DNA of 64,000 nucleotides from an uncultured Bacteroidales bacterium (GTDB taxonomy: Bacteria; Bacteroidota; Bacteroidia; Bacteroidales; P3), in the NCBI GenBank assembly GCA_900316965.1, contig ONEY01000004.1, positions 76,171 to 140,170 on the forward strand, in the 5' to 3' direction. The first letter of the stretch is position 1. Each line of letters starts with the position of its first letter. Positions 38,044 through 47,052 of this stretch are shown here, in pieces. A program made the position numbers and the translations under genes. Below the pieces are notes generated by a model. That model had not been told where the DNA came from. It was given only the letters and a program-made list of their open reading frames with translations, and did not search any database.

Positions 38044-40194
38044 ATGAAGAACAAATGGAATCTGTTCTTGGGGAAGAGATACTCGAGAATGCAATATAAA
38101 TTTTGGGCGATAATGGTCGCCATGAATATGTTTTACTTTTTGCCGCTGACGGCATGGGGTCAGGGACATCACGACACGCTGAGGCTGAAGCAGGTGGTGG
38201 TGACGGCGACACAGCATGCCACAACGAGAGATGAAGCGCCGAGTGTGGTGGGGGTTATTGACGGGAAGCAGATGGAGGCGGCGAGTGCTGTGAACCTGGG
38301 CGAGGCGCTGAGATGCGGCACGGGATTGAGGGTTGAGAACACCTGCCAGAACTGTGGCGCCAACGAGGTGAGGATAAACGGATTGGGGCAGGCGTACTCG
38401 CAGATACTGATAGACAGCAGGCCAGTGAACAGCGCATTGGCAGGGATATACCTGATGGAGCAGCTGCCGACGGCGCTGATAGAGAGGATAGAGGTGTTGA
38501 GAGGTGGCGGATCGGCGCTATATGGCAGCAACGCCATAGCCGGAGTGGTGAACATAATAACCCACGAGCCGCGGAAGAACGGCGCGAGCGTTGGGAACAT
38601 AACGAAGATGATAGGCGGCAAGGCGTGGGACATAGGGAACTCGTTTAACGCATCGGTGGTGAGCGATGACCGCAGGGCAGGCATAGCCGTGTTTGGGCAC
38701 AACCGCAATAGAGAGGGCTACGACCACAACGGAGACGGATACTCGGAGGTGGGACAGCTGAAGGCGCGGATGGTAGGATTTAGAGGCTATCTGAGGACGT
38801 CGGATTATACAAAGCTGAACCTAGAATACCACAACATACACGATTTTCGTCGCGGAGGCGACAGATTTGACTTGCCGTCGCCGATGGCCCACATATCGGA
38901 GGGAGGAGAGCACGACATAAACTGCGCCAACTTGAAATGGGACTGGCTGCCGGCGAGCGGAGTGCGCCACGCGTCGCTGTTTGCGTCGCTGCAGCATGTG
39001 GACAGAGAGAGTTACTATGGAGAGCGCGAGGAGGGGGAGCCGATAGGGACGGCATACGGATATACGCAGGATTTGACGCTGAACTACGGGAGTATGTATA
39101 GCCGCCACTTTGACACACTGTGGTTTATGCCGGCGGAGTTTACCGTTGGCGTGGAGCACACGGTTGACGGCATGAGAGACTACACCATGGGCAGCGGCGA
39201 CACGCTTAGGCAGAAGATAGGCGTTGTGAGCGCGTATGTGCAGAACGAATGGACGGATCGGAGATGGAGTGTGCTGATAGGCGGCAGATTGGACAAGCAC
39301 ACGATGATAGCGTCGCCGGTGGTGAGTCCGCGAGTGAATGTGAGATATGCCATAAACGACCACGTGTCGCTGAGGGGAGGATACTCGTCGGGATTCAGGG
39401 CGCCGCAAGTGTATGACGAAGACCTGCATGTGGGCGCCGTAAGCGGCGAGCTGTACAAGATAACGAACGCGGCGGACTTGAAGATGGAGCGGTCGCACTC
39501 GCTGACGGGATCGGCGAATGTGTGTATGCATGTGGGCGAGGTTGAGGCCGACTTGCTGGTGGAAGGTTTTTACACGCGCATAAACAATGCCTTTGTGAAC
39601 GAGCTTTTGTTTGACGACACAGTGAGCGGCTATATGCACTATGAGCGCCGCAACGCCGAGGGGGCGGAAGTGATGGGATTGAATGTGGAGATGATGGTGT
39701 CGCCGCTGGAGGATATGCGACTGCAGCTGGGCGGCACATGGCAGAGGAGTATGTATAGCGGCATGGGGAAAGAGTGGAGCGAGGGTCTGTATGAGCGGAG
39801 GATGGAGCGCGCGCCGGACTTTTACGCATACCTGACGGGAGAGTATAGACCTTGGAGCAACCTAGTGCTGACGATGACAGGGACCTTTACGGGACCGATG
39901 CTGGTGTATCACCACAAGGCTGAGGAGGAGGCGCCAGCAGGGTCGAAACACGGAGGCGAGGGGCATGTGGAGAAGGTGATTACGGATTCGTTTTTCGACT
40001 TGTCGATGAAGGCGGCATACAGTATTCCTTTTGGCAAGGGCTCGGAACTGGAGCTGAGCCTGGGTGTGCAGAACATTCTGAACAGCTACCAGAAGGATTT
40101 GGATTGCGGCCAGGAGCGCGACGCAGCATACATCTACGGGCCGTCGCTGCCAAGGACTATATTCTTTGGAGCGAGGGTGAAGATGGGAAGTTGA
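38044..40194 (+). CDS. TonB-dependent receptor (no SusD partner)
   Basis: Plug-domain motifs (VVVTATQHATTRDEAPSVVGVI, IERIEVLRGGGSALYGSNAIAGVVNI) and a long beta-barrel. The start is uncertain (38044 or 38089). Confidence 0.85.
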   Translation: MKNKWNLFLGKRYSRMQYKFWAIMVAMNMFYFLPLTAWGQGHHDTLRLKQVVVTATQHATTRDEAPSVVGVIDGKQMEAASAVNLGEALRCGTGLRVENTCQNCGANEVRINGLGQAYSQILIDSRPVNSALAGIYLMEQLPTALIERIEVLRGGGSALYGSNAIAGVVNIITHEPRKNGASVGNITKMIGGKAWDIGNSFNASVVSDDRRAGIAVFGHNRNREGYDHNGDGYSEVGQLKARMVGFRGYLRTSDYTKLNLEYHNIHDFRRGGDRFDLPSPMAHISEGGEHDINCANLKWDWLPASGVRHASLFASLQHVDRESYYGEREEGEPIGTAYGYTQDLTLNYGSMYSRHFDTLWFMPAEFTVGVEHTVDGMRDYTMGSGDTLRQKIGVVSAYVQNEWTDRRWSVLIGGRLDKHTMIASPVVSPRVNVRYAINDHVSLRGGYSSGFRAPQVYDEDLHVGAVSGELYKITNAADLKMERSHSLTGSANVCMHVGEVEADLLVEGFYTRINNAFVNELLFDDTVSGYMHYERRNAEGAEVMGLNVEMMVSPLEDMRLQLGGTWQRSMYSGMGKEWSEGLYERRMERAPDFYAYLTGEYRPWSNLVLTMTGTFTGPMLVYHHKAEEEAPAGSKHGGEGHVEKVITDSFFDLSMKAAYSIPFGKGSELELSLGVQNILNSYQKDLDCGQERDAAYIYGPSLPRTIFFGARVKMGS

Positions 40195-40195
40195 T

Positions 40196-40385
40196 GTTAA
40201 CGCGTTAACATCAACTTTAACCTTAACGTTAACTTTAACTTTGACGAATTGCTTTTGCTCGCGGGCGCTCGCGTCTCTTTTCATTACGGAAAAAGACAGA
40301 AAAGACGGAAATAAACGCAATAGTTTGCCTGCGGCAACGTTGACTTTAACCTTGACGTTAACTATAGCCCTAACTTTGACGAAAA
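40196..40385 (+). repeat. Dispersed intergenic repeat, locus B
   Basis: TTAAC/TTGAC-rich direct repeats of about 35 bp (40214-40246 and 40343-40381) flank a core sharing aattgcttttgctcgcgggcg and cattacgg...ataaacg...gcctgcggcaacg with locus A. Confidence 0.75.
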
Positions 40386-40419
40386 AAGCCTGCGGTTATC
40401 CACCCCGCAGGCTTTTTTG
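40382..40419. terminator. Bidirectional rho-independent terminator between the receptor gene and ccsBA
   Basis: agcctgcgg-ttatccacc-ccgcaggct with an A-run before and a T-run after. Confidence 0.8.
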
Positions 40420-40468
40420 TGCTTTGAACCGTTTTTGCTTTGACTCGGATGAAGGGAGTCGTTATTGT

Positions 40469-42634
40469 TTAGTTGTAAGCGTGGATGCCTCCCAGAATGA
40501 AGTTGACTCCGAAGTAGGTGATGATGACCGAAAGGAAGGCTATGAAGCAATAGATGTGGAATCGAGTGGGGCTACTGTTGTGCTGGTGATTGATGAGTGG
40601 AAATAGATAGACGATGAGGGTTATGAGAGCCCAAACTTCCTTTGGATCCCAGCTCCAATAGTTGCCCCATGATATGTTGGCCCAAAGAGCTCCAATGACG
40701 ATGCCGACAGCGAGGAGGGCTGTGGCTGGATAGAGCATAAGGAGGCTGACGCGTTGCATAGCGGCAGCGTGACGGCGAAGGATGATAGCCGCCAATCCGT
40801 TGAGGGCTATGAAGAAGAAGAGAGCGTAGGAGATCATTATGACCGTTACGTGGAGAGTGAGGAGCGGCGAGCTGAGGACAGGCATAAGATGGGTTACGGG
40901 CGGATTGCTGCCGCTCATCATGGCCACCAAGAGACAGAAGCCCATGGAGAGGAGGCCGATGGAGGGGGCTATGGGGTAGCGACGGGCGAGAGAGACACAA
41001 ACGATGCCGATGACGATGGCGGTGAGGTTCATGCTATCGAAACCGCCAGCCATAGGGATGTGTCCGCCGGCGACCCAACGGAGAGAGAAGATGAGGATGA
41101 GAAAGAGGGTGAGAGCCAAGACGAGAGCGGCGCCGAGATGGGTGGAGATGTTGCGAGGGCGCGAGGAGGACGAAGAGCGGAAGATGGCGATGGCGAAAAA
41201 GAGGAGTCCCAGAGAGACGGCAAGCATGGCGAGCCAACGGCCGGTGGTGAGGCGATTGTAGAGACGCTCGGCGTTGAAGCGAGAAGACGGGGGCAGGACA
41301 TCGCCGGCGACCTTATGCTGAAAGACGATGGTTTTGTCGAAGACACGCTCCAGCTGGTCGAAGTCGCCGTTGACGACGAGCTCCTGGCAATAGCCCAGTT
41401 GCTTGCGAATGAAAAGGAAATTGTCGTCGGGGGTATAGAGAGGGAGTTTGTCGTTTTGTGCGAACCATGAGACAGAGCCGGCAGAGTCGGCGACGGGGTA
41501 GATTTTGAGGAATTTGCCGCCGAGGAGCATTTGGATGATGTTGAATTTTTCGCTTGCGGCGCGGAGAGTTTTGGACATAGAGCCAGAGGCAGGAGGCATA
41601 GCCATAGGTGCGCCAGAGGCGGGAGAGGCGAAGGCATCCTGATGGGCAAAGAGGTCGTTGTAGGAGACCCGGCGGTTGGTGGAGCCCAGCAGCTGATGGA
41701 CATCGTCGCCCTTGACCTTGATCATAGGTTCGTCGGCCCACTGGCTGAAATAGAAGAGCCATCCGCTGAGGACCTGTTCGGGGGTCAAGCCCTGATAGCG
41801 AGCGTTGCCGCAGAGTTTGGTGGTGAAGTCCTTGGCCAAAGTCTGCATTGGGCAGATGCGGCCCTTGTAGAGGACATAGATGCGGCCCATTATGTCGGCA
41901 GTGGAGCGGGGCAGAGTTTGCGGGGCGGCGTGAGCCTCGGCGGCGGCGAGAGAGAGGAGCAAGAGGACGGGCAAAGAGCCCTTGGCCAGCTGGCGGAAAC
42001 GCGAGGAGCGCGAGACGAATAGGAGCACGATGCCCAGAGCCAGGAAGAGATAGCCGATGTAGGTCACGGCGATGCCCCAGGGGTCGTGAGAGACGCTGAG
42101 GACCGAGTTGCCCTCGTCGTCGTAGTCCTCCTGATAGAAACGGAAGCCAGAGCGCTTGAAGATGTTGTTCATAGAAACGTCGACACTCTCGCCATCGACA
42201 GACAAGTGGCTGACGAAATCCATAGGCGACCTAGTGCCAGGATAGGGGATGACCTCGAAGCGGTCGAGAGTGAGAGAGAAAGGGAGATGGCAAAGCTGGC
42301 CCTTGTCGGTGGTGAAGCTGTTGGCCGGGACACCGGGGTGAAGAGAGAGAGAGCCAGAGCGCCCCGTGGTGGCGGTGAGCAAGCCGCCCATGAGGACGAA
42401 AAGGACAGAGAGGTAGAGAGAGAGGCGGTAAGGTTTGTGCCACATGCGCTCGCTGACGATGGACCAAAGGACAAAGATGCCTACGGCGGCCAAGAGGAGA
42501 TAGAACCACCAGGCGCCATAGATGTAAGAGGCCGCCCAATCGTGGCCCTTAAATTTCTCAAAAATGGTGCCTGCCGCGAGGACAGCGACGACAGGCACCA
42601 TGATGAAAAGACACAAGGTCTTAGAATGTTTCAT
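40469..42634 (-). CDS. ccsBA: System II cytochrome c biogenesis protein, fused ResB/CcsB-CcsA
   Basis: 721 aa, polytopic, with the Trp-rich heme-handling motif WANISWGNYWSWDPKEVWAL near the C-terminus. Confidence 0.8.
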   Translation of the reverse strand: MKHSKTLCLFIMVPVVAVLAAGTIFEKFKGHDWAASYIYGAWWFYLLLAAVGIFVLWSIVSERMWHKPYRLSLYLSVLFVLMGGLLTATTGRSGSLSLHPGVPANSFTTDKGQLCHLPFSLTLDRFEVIPYPGTRSPMDFVSHLSVDGESVDVSMNNIFKRSGFRFYQEDYDDEGNSVLSVSHDPWGIAVTYIGYLFLALGIVLLFVSRSSRFRQLAKGSLPVLLLLSLAAAEAHAAPQTLPRSTADIMGRIYVLYKGRICPMQTLAKDFTTKLCGNARYQGLTPEQVLSGWLFYFSQWADEPMIKVKGDDVHQLLGSTNRRVSYNDLFAHQDAFASPASGAPMAMPPASGSMSKTLRAASEKFNIIQMLLGGKFLKIYPVADSAGSVSWFAQNDKLPLYTPDDNFLFIRKQLGYCQELVVNGDFDQLERVFDKTIVFQHKVAGDVLPPSSRFNAERLYNRLTTGRWLAMLAVSLGLLFFAIAIFRSSSSSRPRNISTHLGAALVLALTLFLILIFSLRWVAGGHIPMAGGFDSMNLTAIVIGIVCVSLARRYPIAPSIGLLSMGFCLLVAMMSGSNPPVTHLMPVLSSPLLTLHVTVIMISYALFFFIALNGLAAIILRRHAAAMQRVSLLMLYPATALLAVGIVIGALWANISWGNYWSWDPKEVWALITLIVYLFPLINHQHNSSPTRFHIYCFIAFLSVIITYFGVNFILGGIHAYN

Positions 42635-42737
42635 AGAAATAATATATTACCAGTGCGTTAATAATGGGGATGAATTACAATATAATATAGATCATAGTCA
42701 GAACAAGAGAGATAACGCACCAATATTAAAAAAAATA

Positions 42738-44327
42738 TTAAATAGCGTCGATAAATTTCACCACCGCGTCGCGGTCGGCTTTGCTAAGTTTGCGGAACTT
42801 CTCGACGGTCCAGCGGGCGTCGCTCTGCGGTGCGCCGTGCCACATGATAGCCTCGATGACATTGCGAGCGCGGGCGTCGTGAAGGCGGTCGCTATGGCCG
42901 CTGCAGAGAGGTGCGAGGCCGCGTCCCCAGAGAGGAGTGGTGCGGCACCAACCAGTGCGGATGTCGTTGACCATAAAGAGGCGATGCTGAACGAAGTCGC
43001 TATAGGGCCAAATTTTTTGGTGAGGATAGCGAGGGAGGCGAGCGTCGGCCGTTTGGAAGAAGCCCGTGGGGTCGGTGAACTCGTCGTTGCCGGTGGTCCA
43101 ACTGGGGCGATGGCAAGAGGCGCAACCCAATTCGCGGAACAGTTTTCTGCCACGCTGGACCTCGGGGTCGTTGAGGTTGCGAGCGGCAGGGACAGCCAAG
43201 CCGCGGTGCCAAACCATGAAGTTGACATAGTCGCGGTCGCTCATCTCGGCGGGGAGAGTGTCGCAGAGGAGATAGTTGCGGATATCGGTGGCGGGGTTGC
43301 CCGTTTTGTTCCACTGAGGGAAATAGGAGTAGAACCGAGCCTGAACATCGGGGTCGTTGGCAGAGGCGTCGGCGTAGATAGAGGGCGTGAGGCTTAGGTA
43401 ATGGCTGCGCTTGTTGCTACGGTTGACGTTGGTGATATTCCATATGGCGTTGCTGCCCGGGGCATCCTGGAGAGGGCCACGGGAGAGCGCATAGGTGAAG
43501 CGCTTGGGGTGGTTGGTGTTGCCATAGTAGGCCGAGGGGGCCCAGTCGTTGCCCGCCCAGAAAGCCGGGTTGAGGTTGGCGCCGGCGTCGTATTCCCGCT
43601 GATACTGAGCTTTGAGCGAATCGTCGGGGATGGCATCGATGAGACCAGTGCCGTAGATGCCGATGGTAGTTTCGAGGCGGAAAGCCAACTGGCCGTAGGG
43701 AGTTACCAAAGGAGCGTAGAAAGCATCCTCGGGGATGTAGACCTCGGGATAGATGAGGCTGTAGCTTTCGCCGTCGTCGAACTTGTTGCCCCACTCGTCG
43801 GTGTAGTTGAGCCAGGAGATCTGGATTTTATCTTCGTCGATGGGAGCCTTGAAAGGCGGGACAGCCTTAGTTTGAGGCATGCCAGCGACAGAGGGTTCGT
43901 AGCCGTTGGTGGCGCTGTTGTATACGACGAGGAGGTAGCCGTTGGCCCAGTCGTCGGCGCGGTAGCGCTCCATGCGTCGGCCGTGGCCATAGCCCGGGTG
44001 GCAGGTTTCGCAGCTAGAGCGGACATAGACGGGGCCCAAGCCGTTGAAAGGCGGGTTGTTTTGAGTTACGGTATGTTCGAAAAACATTTCGCCATACTTG
44101 AAAGCCGTGGCCATACCAGCGCGTTCGGTGGCAGGAGAAGGGTCCTCGTAGGCCGAAGCCGATTGATTGAAAGTGGTGCCGAGCTCGCCGCCGGCGAGAG
44201 TTTCCTCGGCGACCCAGTCGGGTTGGTTGGGGTCGGAAGGAGAAGGCTCGACAGGGTCATCCTTGCAAGAGACGATGCCCACCGACAGCAGCAAAGTTGC
44301 TAAAAAGAGAGGAATACGAGTGTTCAT
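42738..44327 (-). CDS. Di-heme cytochrome c family lipoprotein (DUF1111 / putative peroxidase-like)
   Basis: Lipoprotein signal (LLLSVGIVSC) and two CxxCH motifs (CETCH, CASCH). Start taken at MNTRIPLF (44327). Confidence 0.75.
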   Translation of the reverse strand: MNTRIPLFLATLLLSVGIVSCKDDPVEPSPSDPNQPDWVAEETLAGGELGTTFNQSASAYEDPSPATERAGMATAFKYGEMFFEHTVTQNNPPFNGLGPVYVRSSCETCHPGYGHGRRMERYRADDWANGYLLVVYNSATNGYEPSVAGMPQTKAVPPFKAPIDEDKIQISWLNYTDEWGNKFDDGESYSLIYPEVYIPEDAFYAPLVTPYGQLAFRLETTIGIYGTGLIDAIPDDSLKAQYQREYDAGANLNPAFWAGNDWAPSAYYGNTNHPKRFTYALSRGPLQDAPGSNAIWNITNVNRSNKRSHYLSLTPSIYADASANDPDVQARFYSYFPQWNKTGNPATDIRNYLLCDTLPAEMSDRDYVNFMVWHRGLAVPAARNLNDPEVQRGRKLFRELGCASCHRPSWTTGNDEFTDPTGFFQTADARLPRYPHQKIWPYSDFVQHRLFMVNDIRTGWCRTTPLWGRGLAPLCSGHSDRLHDARARNVIEAIMWHGAPQSDARWTVEKFRKLSKADRDAVVKFIDAI

Positions 44328-44380
44328 AGTTGTTAATTTAGATGGATTAAAAAAATATGGTAAAAATGACGGAAAGTGCA

Positions 44381-45547
44381 TTACATATTTCTTATAGCGT
44401 CGATAGCCTCATCGATAGCCTCGCTCAATTGGGCGCAAGCCTCGACAGCCTCGCCGTTGGCGGGGTCGCTGAAATGGAGAGCGAAGGGAGCAGGCATAGC
44501 AAGGATTTTGGCCAAGGCGTTGTCGATTTTGGTCATGACCTTGGCATCCAAGTCGGCATTGATAGCCGAGACAAAGGCATGCAAAGACTTAGAGTTGTCG
44601 CGCTGGCCCTCGACGCCGCCCATCCAAACGTTTTGGATGCTGCGGATGTTGTTGGCGAAGTCGGTGATAGACATATAGCTGTAGGGAGACTCGATATAGG
44701 TAATATCCTCGCCGTGCCAAGCGGAGTAGATTTTGGAGCTGCCCACCTCGTCGGCGATATCGACGCAACCTTGGAGGATGGCGACGAGAGCGGCGGTGCG
44801 GGTGCCATAGGTACTTCCAGGCTTGCCGGCATTTTTGATGTTCCAGCCATAGCTGTTGCCAGAGCCAGCGACGTCGTAGGCAAGCTCGATGTCGTCGAGT
44901 TTATCGATATGGCTTTGAGGGGCGTTGTCGCCCAGCCAGCTGACTTCAAGCTGATAGCAGCGGTTGCGGAGGTCGCCGGCCACAGCGACGACATAGGTCC
45001 ACTCGTCGGCAGAGATATCGGAGACCTGCTTAGGCTGTCCATTGGCAAAAAGGATGAACTCGATGCCATGGAAACCGAGCAAGGCATTGCCGAGGCGCTC
45101 GCCAGCGACGACATCGCCGTCATCGGCGTTGAGAGCGGCTATCATAGCAGGACTGCTCATAAGAGTGTTGAAGGCACTTTCGTCCAAGGGCCAAGAATCG
45201 ATGTGAGGGTCGATACCGAAATCGCCGGCGGCGCCGAAGAGGAAGGCCTCGCTCCTCTCCCACCAAGCGCGAGCCTCGAGGAAAGTCTCGCAAGCGGAAT
45301 TCAAGCCATTCTGAGACGGGTTGATTTTGAGAGCGGCCAGCTGGTCGGCCAAAGAGCCTGCCGCTTGAGCCAAAGCCGAATAGGTGGGAGTGACGGTGTG
45401 GTCGACGAACTGAGAAGCGATGGCGGCGGCGTTTTCGTCGTTGTCGACATTGACCGAAGGTTTCTCATCGTCCTTGCAAGAAGTGAAAAGCATTGTAGTG
45501 GCGGCAACGACCGTCAGCAAAGAAAGTTTAAGATAGTTGAATTTCAT
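44381..45547 (-). CDS. Imelysin (peptidase M75 / IrpA-like) family lipoprotein
   Basis: Lipoprotein signal (MLFTSC) and an HxxE-containing GFHGIEFILF motif. Start taken at MKFNYLK (45547). Confidence 0.75.
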   Translation of the reverse strand: MKFNYLKLSLLTVVAATTMLFTSCKDDEKPSVNVDNDENAAAIASQFVDHTVTPTYSALAQAAGSLADQLAALKINPSQNGLNSACETFLEARAWWERSEAFLFGAAGDFGIDPHIDSWPLDESAFNTLMSSPAMIAALNADDGDVVAGERLGNALLGFHGIEFILFANGQPKQVSDISADEWTYVVAVAGDLRNRCYQLEVSWLGDNAPQSHIDKLDDIELAYDVAGSGNSYGWNIKNAGKPGSTYGTRTAALVAILQGCVDIADEVGSSKIYSAWHGEDITYIESPYSYMSITDFANNIRSIQNVWMGGVEGQRDNSKSLHAFVSAINADLDAKVMTKIDNALAKILAMPAPFALHFSDPANGEAVEACAQLSEAIDEAIDAIRNM

Positions 45548-45573
45548 TATACAATAGTTTTTTAAGATTAGAA

Positions 45574-46765
45574 TCAATGATTGAAAAAGCCCGTCCAGGT
45601 GATGGCCAGAGCGACGAAAGGTTCGTTGTTGTACTGAGCATCCAGGAGGCGGACGCCGCCCTCGACTTTGACAACAATCTCAGGCAAGGGAATATAGTTG
45701 ACGCCAAGCGAGAGGCATTGACGTTCGGCCCATTCCACGTCGGTCAAACCGTTGGCGGGGACGAAGCTGTCGTAGTGGTCATAGCGGCCGAAGAGATACA
45801 ATTTGGCGTGAGAGTTGGAGGGAGCCAGAAGGTTGACGCCAGCCTCGATGGAGGCGTCCCAGGCGCACTCGCCGACGGTGGAGTGAGGATAAGGGTTGCC
45901 CGTCATGGTAGTTTGGTTTTTGTTGCGGCTAGATATCAGCGCGGCGTCACCGAGATGGCCGTAGTCGGCATTGCCGCGGAGGGTAAGCCAACGGTTATTG
46001 TAGGCGAAGTCGAAAGCGCCAATAAGGACGGTGCCTTTGGCACCGAAATAGCGCGACGACTCGGAGTAGACAGTCGTGGTGATGTCGTTGTTGAAGCTAT
46101 TGCCGGCATAGCCGCTGAGGCTGAGGCGGAGGCCTTTGACGCCCGTCCAGTCGACACGCGCCGCGGTGCTGACGCCGTTGGCGGGGCGGAATTCGTAGGG
46201 AGAGGCCGAGCCGTTGTGAATCCAACCAGCATCGTTGAAGAGGTTGCTGTTGAGCAGGGCGATAGACGCCAAAGAAGCGGTTAGGCGTATGGTTGTTGTT
46301 GGTCATGCCGACAGGGACGACGATGTGGCCGGCGCGGATGTTGAGATGAGGGCCGAAGCTTTTCTGGACCCAGAACTGCTCGAGGGCGACCTCGCCGCCG
46401 CGCTCAATCTCCTGCTCAAACTCGCCAGTTTCCTCGGTTTCCTTCTCGACGGCAGCTTCCACGCCCCCATGCTCGAACTCGATTTCGGTGCCCACCGACC
46501 AACCGCGGCCGAAGTCATAGCCCAACATGATGACTGCGTGAGGGATATCGACGCGGCCAAAGCCAGGCGCATCCTTGTAGCGGTCGGCGTGGCTGTAGCG
46601 GAAGACATTGTCGCTATAGAAGTGATGGCTATAGGCAGCCTCGCCATAGCCGCCAACAATGAGGTGCGATTTGCGCAATGAGGTGTCGCTCTGAGCCGAA
46701 AGAGAGCCGGCGACGCAGAGCATAAAACAAGCACAAATAATTGATAACAAAACCCTTCTGTTCAT
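45574..46765 (-). pseudogene. Outer-membrane beta-barrel (porin-like) gene split by a frameshift
   Basis: Two overlapping minus-strand ORFs in different frames (46765-46097 and 46272-45574) read as one exported barrel: signal MNRRVLLSIICACFMLCVAGSLSAQ, alternating-hydrophobic strands, C-terminal ...ALAITWTGFFNH. The frame change lies between about 46097 and 46303. Confidence 0.6.
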
Positions 46766-46817
46766 TTTTCATGCGTATTTTCAAGATGCAAATATCCACA
46801 ATGGCCAAAGTGTGGAC

Positions 46818-46837
46818 AATCACTAAAAATAGTGATT
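46818..46837. promoter_or_regulatory. Perfect palindrome AATCACTA-N4-TAGTGATT (candidate operator)
   Basis: Lies in the divergent region between the barrel/imelysin operon and the flippase gene. Adjacent is the inverted pair tccaca (46795-46800) / tgtgga (46811-46816). Confidence 0.45.
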
Positions 46838-47052
46838 ATGGCGTTATGAATAGTTATCATTTAGGTTGTGTGGCGCGCCGAGGAGGGTTGATTATACTTA
46901 TCTATAATGAGATGCGAGGAGAGTGATTATTGCGATTAATGCTGGTTTTGGGGGATTATTGCAACTTAAAGGTTGGGGGGATTACAATATTTTTAGGATT
47001 CTTGCGTATTTCTTTGAAATGTCATAACGAATAACAATAGTTTTTTTGAAGG

